Below, piece by piece: positions 12,464 through 24,355 of a stretch of 64,000 nt of DNA (position 1 is the stretch's first letter; every line of letters starts with the position of its first letter). The position numbers were made by a program, and so were the translations under genes. The notes under the pieces are model-generated. The model had not been told where the DNA came from and searched no databases. It saw only the letters and a program-made list of their open reading frames with translations. This DNA comes from Octopus vulgaris (lineage: Eukaryota): contig OX597816.1 in assembly GCA_951406725.2 (NCBI GenBank), positions 59,644,001 to 59,708,000 on the forward strand, in the 5' to 3' direction.

Positions 12464-12808
12464 GTGGAGGCGCAATGGCCCAGAGGTAAGGGCAGCGGAC
12501 TCGCGGTCGGAGGATCACGGTTTCGATTCCCAGACCGGGCGTTGTGTGTGTTTATTGAGCGAAAACACCTAAAGCTCCAGCAGGAGGGGGGCGACCCCTG
12601 TTGTATTCTTTCGCCCCAACTTTCTCTCATTCTTTCTTCTGTTTCTTGTCCCCGACTTCCTACGCAACCGCTGAGCCTGGATGTGCATTCATATATCCGT
12701 CGATGCTCTCGGTGTCGGGGGTTGACCTGCTTTCTCTTCTGCGGGTCTTACGAATAGCAAAGGACCACGTTTCGGACTTCTCCTATCTTGCGAGCTCTGG
12801 GACGAAGA
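12464..12808 (+). mobile_element. Composite element, copy 2 (complete A/B boxes; hammerhead truncated before the CUGA core)
   Basis: Colinear with copy 1. A box TGGCCCAGAGG and B box GGTTTCGATTCC. Possible degenerate TSD GCATCAACAGCG/GCACCAACAGCG. Confidence 0.7.
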
Positions 12809-13366
12809 GCAACAGCACCAACAGCGATAGTTCCAACAACAGCAATGGCAGCAACAGACACACCGCCACCAACACCTGACCATGGAGATACACCGGCTGT
12901 TCTGGTAACTTGTTCAAACAACGCCTCTCCAACCACAGATCCTCCTTCAGGGTACCCGAAAGGAGATTTGCCACGTCATTAGCCGGCTATGGATGACAGC
13001 TGAGAGACGACAGGATTCCATACACACTATCATGGAGAATCACAGAGAATCCAGGCCCCTACATTAATGGGACCAAGCGCTGTAAATTATGCATAGCAGA
13101 GCAGGCGAGGATCCTAAGGGACTCCCTCACCCCAAGGAACATTCTGAACTCCAGAACAGAGGTTTTTGGACCGTGCTTGTATTTCAGGAAATTCTTGCTA
13201 GCCTATTGGGACCCACAGGATAACAGGGCCACTAGCGATCGATAGCCAAAGGGATACAATCCCCTTTGTTGACATCGGCGATGTTGAAATTGGATAACAG
13301 AGTTCTTTCTTCCTCTATATTTTAGTGAGGCCACTCACTAGAGAAGCCTTTAGCCAACAGATTTTG

Positions 13367-13443
13367 AGATCTGATGATACGCCATAAAGCTGAGCCTTTT
13401 ATGGATGTGTAATCTAGGGTAATCCTATAAACCGGCCTGATCT
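13367..13443 (+). ncRNA. Degenerate hammerhead in the 3' pseudo-LTR of the Penelope element
   Basis: AGAT CTGATGA, a branched stem II (CCATAAAG/CTTTTATGG and TAGG/CCTA), then TAAACCGGCC where GAAACCGGTC is expected, then TGATCT. Confidence 0.55.
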
Positions 13444-13529
13444 AACTTTAAATACATACAACTAGTTACATTCAGAACCATATATATGTAGAGAGGGGGG
13501 TGGCGGAAGAGACAGAGACAGAGAGAGAA

Positions 13530-14473
13530 AGCTTCTACCTCTGCTGGTAACAAAGGGCCTCACAGAGTGAAAGGTAGACTGTATGATGCATGTGTGTGAA
13601 CAGCCATGCTACACAGCAGTGAAACATGGGCTGTGAATGCTGAGGACATGCATAGGCTTGAAAGAAAGGAAGCTAGTATGCTTCACTGGATGTGTAATGT
13701 CAGTGTGCATACGACCATGTAAGCACCCTGAGAGAAAAATCGGACATAAGAAACATCAGATGTGTTGTGCAAGAGACGTCTGCACTGGTAAGGTCACGTG
13801 TTGCATATGGATGAGGATAGCTGTGTGAAGAAGTGTCACATCCTAGCAGTGGAGGGAACCTGTGGAAGAGGTAGATCCAGGAAGACCTGGGATGAGGTGG
13901 TGAAGCACAACCTTGAAATATTGGGCCTCACGGAGGCAATGGCAAGTGACAGAGACCTCTGGAGATATGCTGTGCTTGAGAAGACCCAGCAAACCAAGTG
14001 AGACCGTACTTGTCATCAATGCTAGTGTTGCATAACTGGCCTGTTTAAAAGTACCTCTTCGATCGTCAGGCAATATGCTGTGCTAGAGGAGACCCTGTTG
14101 AGGCAAGTGAAATCGTTGTCATGGCTGATGGTAGTGCCGCCTAGCTGGCACCGGTGCTGGTGGTATGTAAAAAGGACTACTCAAGCATGGCCAATGCCTG
14201 TGCTCCCTCACTGGGTCCTGTACTGATGACATGTAAAAGGCACCATTTAAGTGTGGTCAATGCCAGTGCTGCCTGACTGGCTCCCATGCCAGTGGCACGT
14301 AAAAAGCACTCACTACACTCTCGGAGTGGTTGGTGTTAGGAAGGGCATCCAGCTGTAGAAACCTTGCCAGATCAGATTGGAGCCTGGTGTGGCCTTCTGG
14401 CTTGCCAGCCCCCAGTCAAAACGTCCAACTCATGCCAGCATGGAAAGTAGACATTAAACGATGATGATGATGA
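13530..14473 (+). mobile_element. RTE LINE 3' portion, degenerate
   Basis: Translates LYDAC..ETWA and GHVLHMDEDSCVKKC..RGRSRKTWDEVV..DRDLWR. The 3' UTR ends in (GAT)n. Confidence 0.9.
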
Positions 14474-15247
14474 GACATACATACAGAATTTTCACACATC
14501 TTATGCCAACAAACTGAACTACATCTCTTCTCATCCTCACATTTCCTCTTTTTCATGCACTCAGCTTATGCTTATCTTTCACTCCCCAATTCTGTCCTCA
14601 CTGCCCTACTCACTGTATCATTGCTATACCTCCTCTATATACCAACATATCACCAGTCACTGCATTCTGCGCCCCCACCCACACACTCTTTGCATTCATG
14701 TGAAATCCCTATTCCTCACCCATGCACCCATGGCAATTCTCTACCATCCCATTTATATTCTGTTCCCTCCTACCTTGAAGGTATGCCCTGGCACTTCACT
14801 ACCACCAACTCTCTCACCCTCTTGCTCTCTTCCACTCTTTTTTTCATTCTTGATTTCTGTCTGTCTGTCTCTCTCTGTCTGACTGTGTAATCATGTATCT
14901 CCTCTACAGTAATACATCTGTTTCTATCCCTTTGTCACACTCTAACCTCTCATCACCTGGCACAAAGACACCTCCTCCAATGCTCTGTGTTTCTTTCAAT
15001 TACTTTAAATATAACAAAGGATTTAGTAAAATAACTTAGTTATCATTAAGCTAGTGTTAGGAACATAAATTGTGACTAAGGTTTGGTGGAAGATTTGAAT
15101 TCAAAACTTATGAAACCAAGACATTTATGCTCAGAGCCAGAGCCGGTTTCAGCCAGGTCGGTAATGAAAGGGTTAAGGTGATTTCTTTTACCATTTCTGT
15201 GATTTCTCCCCTCCCTTGATGCCCTAAACACATGTTTATTTTGCTTA

Positions 15248-15526
15248 ATGGTTAATCCAGAACTGACCACTATGATGATCTCTGCTCTTTGGAAGAAACT
15301 AAAGCTCAAATTACCTCCATTTAGTCTTTCCCAACTCAATTGTTTCTCCTCTTCCTGTTACCCTTGTTGTTACCAACCCTCCAGGCCCTGCACTAAGCAC
15401 TACACCAAATCCTTCCTTCTCAGGACATCATTCCTCTGGAATTCCCTCTTGGCTCATATCTTTCCCAAAAGAATTGATTTCCAAAGCTTCAAGAGGAACA
15501 TCGTGGCATCTGTCTCATTTGTCTAA
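15248..15526 (+). mobile_element. CR1/L2-type LINE RT C-terminal relic
   Basis: Translates SFLLRTSFLWNSLLAHIFPKRIDFQSFKRNI. Confidence 0.65.
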
Positions 15527-15580
15527 AGGCCATACACACTGCCTCTTCTTCCAGACCCAGCAAACGAAAAACAAAATTGA

Positions 15581-16308
15581 TAAAGATTATTTGCCAACAT
15601 AACATGGCAGTCCTGGTTTAGGACAAATGTTGCTGTAATTTAGCCCCAGGAGACATCGTCTCCAGCTGGCTATACAACACGATCTGTGTCCTTATATTTT
15701 TGAACAAGGGAATCTAGCATCCCCACTCAGTTCAAAACAATATCTGTGTATTGCAATTTCCAGGTTATTTCCCTTCAGCACAGAATAACTGTTCAGCTAG
15801 AGGGAAATAACCCAGAAATCGTGATACACAGATATTGTATTGAGCTGAGTGGGGGGTGCTGAATGTCCTTGTTCGAAAAAAAAAGGACACAGATCGTGTT
15901 AGAAAAATACTATTTTTAAATCTCACCACGTGATATATTCAGCAACAGTACTTTGTAGTAAAGATTGTTTGCCAACATAACATGGCAGTCTTGGTTTAAG
16001 GAGACATTGTCTCCAGCTGGCTATATGATATGATCTGTGTCCTTATATTTTCGAACAAGGGAATCTAGCACCCCCACTCAGCTCAAAACAATATCTGTGT
16101 ATCACGAATTCCGGGATATTTCCCTTCATCGGCACAGAATAATTGTTTGGTTAGAGGTGGTGCTGCCATATTCCCGTTCGAAATATAGAGTTTTCAAAGT
16201 GACAACTAGTCACTGATTTATAAATTAGAAAATTACTGTTTTTAAATCTCACCATGTGAGATATTCAGCAACAGTACTTTGGGGTAAAGATTGTTTGCCA
16301 ACATAACA
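15581..16308 (-). mobile_element. Retrozyme-like tandem array (~2.1 units of a ~350-nt hammerhead repeat, family F)
   Basis: Units start at 15581, 15959 and 16285. Minus-strand hammerhead motifs at 15744-15783 and 16095-16137. Unit 1 carries a ~100-bp internal inversion. Confidence 0.8.
16095..16137 (-). ncRNA. Minimal type I hammerhead motif (family F)
   Basis: CTGTG CCGATGA A GGG aaatat CCC G GAAT TCGTGA TA CACAG. Consensus with the sister copies restores CTGATGA and GAAA. Confidence 0.7.
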
Positions 16309-16756
16309 AATTGTAAAATTGGTAAGTTCTTCATATTGAGAATAGTTGACATTATATTGACACTCCATCAGTAACCAAGGGCCCTAGTTGATCCAATCAA
16401 TGGAACAGTCTACCCATGAAATTAACATGCATGGTGGCTGAACACTCCACAGCCAAGTATAATTACCTTTGCTGTAGTTTCCAGGGAGATTCCACTTGAC
16501 ACAGAATGTAACAAGGCTGGCCCTTTGGATTACATGTACAACTCCATTTTGCCAGATGAGTGGGCTGGAGCAATGTGAAATAAAGTGTCTTGCTCAAAGA
16601 CACAATGTGTCAAAAAGAATGGAACACACAACCTTACAGTCATGAGTTGAATATCCTAAATATTAAACCACGCACCTTCACTAATTGACATTATAATATT
16701 GCTCTCACTCCCTCTCTTTCTGGAGAAATGTCAGTATTTCTTACCATTATTCTTTT

Positions 16757-17558
16757 ATTCTTTTGTTTCAATCATTTGGCTGTGGCCATGCTGGAGCACC
16801 GCCCTTTAGTTGAAGAAATTGACTCCCAGGACTTATTTTCTGTAAGCCAAGTACTTATTCTATCAGTCTCTTTTGATGACCCACTAAATACGGTGACATA
16901 AACACACCAACATCGGTTGTCAAGCGATGGTGGGGGATAAAAACAGACACACACAAATATATATATACATCATCATCATCATCGTCGTTTAACGTCTGCT
17001 TTCCAGGCTAGCATGGGTTGAATGATTTGACTGAGGACTGGTGAACCAGATGGTTGCAGGCACCAATCTGATCTGGCAGAGTTTCAACAGCTGGATGCCC
17101 TTCCTAACGCCAACCACTCTGAGAGTGTAGTGGGTGCTTTTATATGCCACCGGCACAAGGGCCAGTCAGGCAGTACTGGCAATGGCCACGCTCAAATGGT
17201 GTTTTTTACATCCCACCTGCACAGGAGCCAGTCCAGCGGCACTGGCAACGACATCACTCGAATGTTCTTTTCACGTGCCACTGGCATGGAAACCAGTCAG
17301 CTGCTCTGGCAATGATCACGCTCAGATGGTGCTCTTAGCGCTCCACTGGCACAAGTACCAGTCATCGAATTTGATTCGATATATATATATATATATATAA
17401 CAGGCTTCTTTCAGTTTCCATCTACCAAATTCACTCACAAGGCTTTGGTTGACCCAAGGTTATAATAGAAGACACTTGCCAAAGGTGCCATGCAGTGGGA
17501 CTGAACCCAAAACCATGTGGTTGGGAAGCAAGCTTCTTACCACACAGTCATGCCTGTG
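16757..17558 (-). mobile_element. SINE family 1 interrupted by an RTE 3' UTR fragment (~16968-17380)
   Basis: The two SINE halves flank a (CAT)n-initiated RTE tail inserted in the SINE's internal microsatellite. Confidence 0.8.
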
Positions 17559-17901
17559 CCTAATGGAATAAAATAAATACCCAAACTCTGTATGTGTAAA
17601 ATAAACTGGTTGTTGCCTTAGCATCAAGTCAAGCATACTTTTAATGAAAGGCATTCTAACCATGACCTTCCCAATTTATAGAGTTCTAGGATTACTATTA
17701 TCCAATTTCATCCTTTTTTTTCTTTGTTCTTTTTTTGTTGTTACCTTGGTTGGATATTATCTTTGGGAAATTTGGCAGCTAAACAAGAACATTGATGCCA
17801 CAGAGCTAGTAGGACTTCATTTGGTGGCTGGCAAAGATTATCTTTTTATTTGTTTACTCTTTTTTCTTTTGAGAGTAGAGGGTGTGGTTTGTATTTTAAC
17901 T

Positions 17902-18305
17902 TCATCATCATCATCATCATCATCATTTAGCGTCCGTTTTCCATGCTAGCATGGGTTGGACGGTTCTGCTGGGGTCTGTGAAGCCAGAAGGCTTCATCAG
18001 GCCCAGTCAAATCTGGCAATGTTTCTACGGCTGGATGCCCTTCCTAACGCCAACCACTCCGTGAGTGTAGTGGGTGCTTTTTACGTGCCACCCGCACTGG
18101 TGCCAGCCAGAGCTGGCAAACGGCCACGAACGGATGGTGTTTTTTATGTGCCACCGGCACGAGGGCCAGGCGAGGCTGGCAACGAACACGAAACGGGGCG
18201 GTGCTGGCAACGGTCGCGAAACGGAAGGTTCTCTTACATGCCACCGGCACTGGTAACACATCTGCAATTTCCATTGATCGATTTCCATTGATCGATTTCG
18301 ATTCT
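17902..18305 (-). mobile_element. RTE 3' UTR fragment
   Basis: (CAT)n tail plus the conserved GGATGCCCTTCCTAACGCCAACC segment. Confidence 0.8.
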
Positions 18306-18580
18306 GATCCTCTTGTAACGAGAAAATGTGTTTCGTTAATGGTGACCCTTAATGTAGCTTATTTCCTTTTTGAATTTTTGTTGTTGATGTTTTGGTCAGC
18401 AAAACAACAGGAAATTGGACAATGAGTCTAAGGACAAACAGTAAACAATCTCAGAGATTTGACACAGAATCATTGAATATAGGACTAAATTGAAGTCTAC
18501 ATTGCTACAAGTGTGGCTGTGTGGTAAGGAGTTTGATTCCCAGCTACATAGTTCTGGGTTCAGTTTTATCGTGTATATAC

Positions 18581-21400
18581 CATCATCATTTGATGTTCAT
18601 TGTCCATGGATTGGATGGTGTGACCAGAGCTGGCAAGCTGCAGGAATGAGGAGGGGGCTGCTGCACCAGACTCCAGTCTGATTGGGCATGACTTCTATGG
18701 CTGGATGCCCTTCCTAACACCAACCACTTTATAGAATGTGTTGGGTGCTCTTACATGATGCTGCACAGGCCCTTTTACATGGTACAGCATGTGCACTTTC
18801 ATGTGGCACCATCATGAGAGCTTTACACCACTCTGCTGCAGAGTATAGTTCTTCTTGAGTACAGCCAGGTGTCAGGTATCTCAGTCCTGTCATGTCACCT
18901 GTTAGCTTCAGCATCCTGAGTTTATTCTTTAGTACTTCATCACATCTCCCTAGGTCTCCCACTTCCACATGTTCCATCCACTTTGAGAGATCAGCACTTT
19001 TTTATGGAGCTGTCAGCATCCATCCATATCACATGATCAAACCAGCGCAGTCTTCTCTTTTGCACACAGCAACCAATTCCTTTTATGTCTTACTTCTCTC
19101 TCAGAATATTAGCACTCTGTTGAACATGTACATTTACATTATAAATCCTGCAGAGCATTCATTCCTTTCTAACCTTCACATGTCCTCTGCATTCAGGGCC
19201 CACATCTCAATACCATATAGAATTATTCTCTATACATATACATCATACAATATTCCTCTCACTGAGAGAGAAAAACCCTTAGCTCTCTAAACTTCCTCCA
19301 TCATATTCTTATTTTAGTTATCACACTCTCTGTGCATCTTCCCCCACAACTAATTTGGCCCTCTAGGTAGCAGAAATTATGAGCCACCAGGGCATTTGAT
19401 GGAATCAATTTCCTAAGTCTCTCTAGTTTATATGGATCCTGTGCATCTTCCATATATGACACAACATTCTCTGATAACCTTCCTATTAAACCTTTGCACC
19501 TCTTGTGTGTCCATAGTTTACACTGAATACGCCATCTGAAGTTCTTGCCTACACCTTGCCAACAAATCAAACAGGGCCACCTACCCGAGTGGGGTATGCT
19601 CCAGTCAGTTTCCTTGCTTACTAGAACCTTAGTCTTTGCTAAGTTAACTTTAAGGGCCTTAGATTTGAGGTTTTGCTTCCACACCTGGAATTTTGTATCT
19701 AGCTCTGATATGGAATCTGCTATGAGGGCAAGGTCATCAGCTTATAGTAGTTCCCAAGGGCTGCTGGTCTTGAATTCCTCTGTTATGGCCTGGAGGACAG
19801 TGATGACAAAGGGGGAGACTGAGGACTGAGCCTGTATACCAAATTTCCTCACTGTATTCATGGTTAACTGTTAACTCTCACCTTACTGACTGCGTCTTTG
19901 TACATGGCCTGTACATCATTCACCAGCCACTCGTCTATTCCTAGCCTCCTCAGAGCCACCATATCACACAGCAGGGCACTCTATCGAAGGCATTCTCTAG
20001 ATCAACAAATGCCATATATAATAGTTTATTCTTAGCTAAGTACTTCTCTTGCAGTTGCCTGACTATGAAAATAGCATCAGTAGTGCTTCTTGTCCAGACA
20101 AAGCCAAACTGCATTTCGTCCAGTCTAATTCTGCTCCTAATTCATTGGCCAGTAACTCTCTCCAAAATTTTCATCACCTGGTCCAGGAGTTTCAAGCCTC
20201 TGTAGTTGCTTCTATCTATTGTATCACCCTTACCCTTGTAATACCTAAGAATTATACCTCTAAGCCAGTCACTGGGTATTACACCTTCCTGAATGACCTG
20301 ATTAAATATGCAGATGACCAACCCGTATCCTCCCTTACTGAATATTTTGAGCATCCCAGCTGCGTTTCTGGATGGACCAGGGGTTTCCCAGTTTTCATGT
20401 TTTTAATTGCCTTATCTACCCACTAGGATAGCCAGTCCCTCTGTTGGGCTCACATGAGGGAGACTCCCTTTATCTCATTCATTCTCTACATTCAACAGTC
20501 TCGTATAGTAACCTTTCCATGCTTCTTTCTCGTCCACATCATTGAGTGCAAGCTTACCATTATCCATCCATCCACACTCACTTCTCTTACAATATCCCGA
20601 TTCTCATTGACACATTGTCTAGCAGTTTTGAACACCTCAAGTCTCTGATCTTCACGCTGTAGGGCTTCGGCAAACCTCTTCTTTTCTGTTTCTACCCTAG
20701 CCTGACAGATCTGACATCTAGCCTCCCTTTTAGCCTTCTGATAGATTCTTTGCCACCTCCCTGTCTTTTCCATTCTTTCCAGGCCCATCTCTTCTCTTTT
20801 ATGGCCCTGTCAACATCACTGTTCTACTACTACATCACTTTTGGTCTGGCAGGAACTTTGCTCCAACCACAAATTTGGTCTGTTGCCCATAGTAGATTGT
20901 CCCATAGGAACCTTCAGTTGTCCTCTATGTCTTTTATTGTCAAGATGATCCTCAGAAGAGATTCATAGAAGGGGTCCTTCTGAGCATCTGTTGAGTCCAG
21001 CATGTAAAGCACATGCAGAGATAACTGTCACAGTTACATCAGACAAGGCTATTCTTAGCTTAATAATCCTACCTTAATCACCTTAGCCACCCATTTCTCT
21101 GCTAGAAGAATGCCTATGCCACCTAGGCCTTCATTGTTGTCTTCCCAGAAAAATTTTTACCAATGCCCTTTCCCCATAAACAGTCAAGCTGAGGATCCCT
21201 TCCATTGTATCTCTTGAACACAGCACACATCTACATGTCTCTGCTCAAGCACCTCAACTATCTCTCTAGACCTACCTTTCCTAGTGTCACCATTGACTGT
21301 GCCAGCTCTGAGCTTGTAGAACTGGGAGGAAGGTTGGGGGAATGTTTTTAGCTCCTAGAAAGAAAAAGATTTTGGGGGCCTCAGGTCCTTGTGCTTAGAT
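18581..21400 (-). mobile_element. Near full-length but heavily decayed RTE LINE (APE endonuclease plus RT)
   Basis: Minus strand has VDVCCVQE (APE), YKGKGDTIDRSNYRGLKLL, a mutated YADDLAL and LKVNLAKTKV. (CAT)n tail at 18581. Confidence 0.9.
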
Positions 21401-22092
21401 AGAGAAAAATGTTACAACTGCAGTTTTGGTTTCCTTCAGTTCTATGCCTAGGAGTCACAGGTCCCTCCCTGTGCTTAGTTAGGGAAATAATATTATCATT
21501 GGAGTTACTAATTTCTTCAGTCCTAAAGCCTTAATAGGGACGTACATACATTACATGTATGTATGTATGTTTGTATGTATGTATGTATGTGTTCATTTGT
21601 TCACCACCACCAGCCATGCTGGAGCACCACCTTTAGTCGAACAAATCGACCCCAGGACTTATTCTTTGTAAGCCTATTACTTATTCCATTGGTCTCTTTT
21701 GCAGGGACGCAAACACCCCAGCATTGGTCGTCAAGCGATGGCGGGGGGTGGGGCACAAACACAGACACACACACATATATATATATACGACAGGCTTCTT
21801 TCAGTTTCCGTCTAGCAAATATACTCAAATATACTTTGGTCGGTCCAAGGCTATAGTAGAAGACACTTGCCCAAGGTGCCACGCAGTGGGACTGAACCCA
21901 GAACCATGTGGTTGGTATGCAAGCTACTTACCACACATCTACTCCTGCTTTAAAAAAATAAGTACTGGGGTCGATTTGATAGATGAAAATTCTTTAAGAC
22001 GGGGCCCTAGCATGGCCGCAGTCTTATTACTGAAACAAGTAAAAGATAAAAGATTTAATCAAAAACCGAAATATCTACCCTTTAGCGAAGAT

Positions 22093-22118
22093 TATATATA
22101 TATATACATACATATATA

Positions 22119-22159
<41 letters not shown>

Positions 22160-22165
22160 ACATAC

Positions 22166-22254
<89 letters not shown>

Positions 22255-22263
22255 CATACATAC

Positions 22264-22294
<31 letters not shown>

Positions 22295-22295
22295 C

Positions 22296-22328
<33 letters not shown>

Positions 22329-22404
22329 CATACATATATATATATATACATATATATATATACATACATATATATATACATACATACATATATACATACA
22401 TATA

Positions 22405-22444
<40 letters not shown>

Positions 22445-22477
22445 CATACATATATATATATACATATATATATATAC

Positions 22478-22511
<34 letters not shown>

Positions 22512-22605
22512 ACATACATATATATATATATATACATACATATATATATATACATATATATATATATACATACATATATATATACATACATATATATATA
22601 CATAC

Positions 22606-22636
<31 letters not shown>

Positions 22637-22739
22637 CATACATATATATATACATACATATATATATACATACATATATACATATATATATATACATACA
22701 TATATATATATATATATACATACATATATATATATATAT

Positions 22740-22770
<31 letters not shown>
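22093..22770. repeat. Compound (TA)n/(TACA)n microsatellite, ~680 bp
   Basis: Read directly from the sequence. Confidence 0.97.
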
Positions 22771-24290
22771 CTTTGATACTTTGATACTTTGATAGGTTTC
22801 GGCCATTATTGGCCCAGGCCATGTCTAACTTAATAGCACCACCTGGTGAAGTCTTTCAAGTCAGAATTTGGGCACTATGGCCCACTCAAGTAGAGAGTTA
22901 TTGTTTACAGAGACATATCCTGGTGTAGGGGGTTTATCCGGGATTTCTTGAAGGAATCTGTCCAAAGACTTCTTGAACCCTATAGGGTCAGTTTCTGTTT
23001 TAATGTGTTTTGGTGTAATGTTAAAGAGAGCGGGGCCAATTGAGGTGAAATAATTGTGCCGTATTGTTGTTATGAGATGAGAGTGCGATTTTTGTTTTGG
23101 GCGGATGGCACGGGGCCCAAGCCTTGGATGTACCTTAAAGGTGATGCCAACATCATTTGGGCAATGCTGATGGAATATTTTCCACATCATGCAGATGATG
23201 TAGCGCTCACGACGACGTTGGAGAGAATAGAGTTTTAGCTTTTCTAGTCGACCCCAATAGTCGAGGCCTGTCATGCCATCTATCTTTTTTGTGATTGCCC
23301 TTTGAGGTGCTTCGACTTTTATGATACCTTGTATTGTGTGGGGAGACCACAGTGGACAACAGTATTCAAGGTGGGGTCGGGCAAAAGTGGAGAAGAGAAG
23401 GATAATGGTGTGGATATCTCTCGACTGGAAAGTTCTGAGAATCCAGGAACACATTCTGCGGGCCATGTCAACTTTGGTGTTTATATGAGTGGCCCAGCTT
23501 ACGTTGTTGTCCACAATTACTCCCAAGTCTCTGATGTTGTTGGACGCCGTGAGAGTTTCACCTGAAGGAAGGGAGTATGGGAGTTTCAGGGCATCCTCTT
23601 TTCCAAAGTGGATTAGCTCAAATTTATCCTCGTTCAGCAGCATATTGTTTTTTTCTGCCCATTGGATAACAGCCAGTAGATCTGACTGAAGGCATGTCCG
23701 GTCACTCGCCTCATTTATGACCTTCTGTAGCTTGGAGTCATCTGCAAAGATTTTTATGTTGCTGTGCTTGATGATGTCATTAATGTCATTAATGTAAATG
23801 ATGAAAAGAAGTGGGCCCAGCACAGTGCCTTGCGGAACGCCACTACTGACTTTGGCTGGGCTTGATTTTACCCCTTCAACTACAACATGTTGAGATCTGT
23901 CTGTCAGGAAACACTTAATCCATTTCAGTAACTTTCCAGAGACACCAATGTTGGATAGTTTTTTCAATAGGATCTTGTGATCGACCCTGTCGAAGGCCTT
24001 ACTGAAATCAAGGTAGATGACATCGGTGTTGGAGCCCTCTCCCAAAACTCTCAAAATGTCCTCAAAGTGATGCAGGAGCTGCGTTAGGCAGTCCCTTCCA
24101 TTACGGAACCCATGTTGGTTGGAGATCAGCCGTCTGTTGCTTTCCAGAAATTGGGTTATTTGAGATCTCACCACCCTCTCAAATACCTTGATGATATGAG
24201 AGGTGAGTGAGATCGGACGGTAATTCACTGCAAGGGACTTGTTTCCCTTTTTGAAAACTGGGACAACAGACTGGGACAGAAGGTTTTTTG

Positions 24291-24293
<3 letters not shown>
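22770..24293 (-). mobile_element. 5'-truncated CR1-like LINE with an uninterrupted RT ORF (~475 aa, stop at 22861)
   Basis: Motifs NYRPISLTS, YLDFSKAFD, GVPQGTVLGP, FADD and YSLQRRRERY. Short 3' UTR with a GGCCA/TGGCC stem-loop and a (TATCAAAG)x3 tail. Microsatellites on both sides. Confidence 0.93.

Positions 24294-24355
<62 letters not shown>

Larger units (their letters stand above)
10858..13450 (+). mobile_element. Degenerate Penelope-like element (RT plus C-terminal GIY-YIG endonuclease; resembles the Hydra clade)
   Basis: RT motifs FDVAMGTYD..VCDL, GLYRDD and DFLDVTLDL. Linker CSCR; endonuclease GVFY...YTG..FKQRLSNHRSSF; C-terminus PYINGTKRCKLC..ILNSRTE. Frameshifted, with stops. Confidence 0.9.

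Noticed and set aside
11504-12982. Ala/Thr/Pro-rich ORFs of 137-247 aa
   Set aside because: They are alternative frames across the triplet-rich tract and the SINE-like inserts.
14100-14330. Regularly spaced GTGGCACGTAAAAAGCAC repeats resembling a CRISPR array
   Set aside because: They are degenerate subrepeats of the RTE 3' UTR, with no unique spacers or cas genes, in a eukaryotic context.
17575-17949. Possible exon or pseudogene in the CpG-depleted block
   Set aside because: The minus-strand frames carry multiple stops, the + ORF is T-rich low complexity, and I see no recognisable motif.
22795-22825. Hairpin followed by GAAAC at the CR1 3' end, read as a hammerhead
   Set aside because: There is no CUGANGA core; it fits an ordinary LINE 3' recognition stem-loop.
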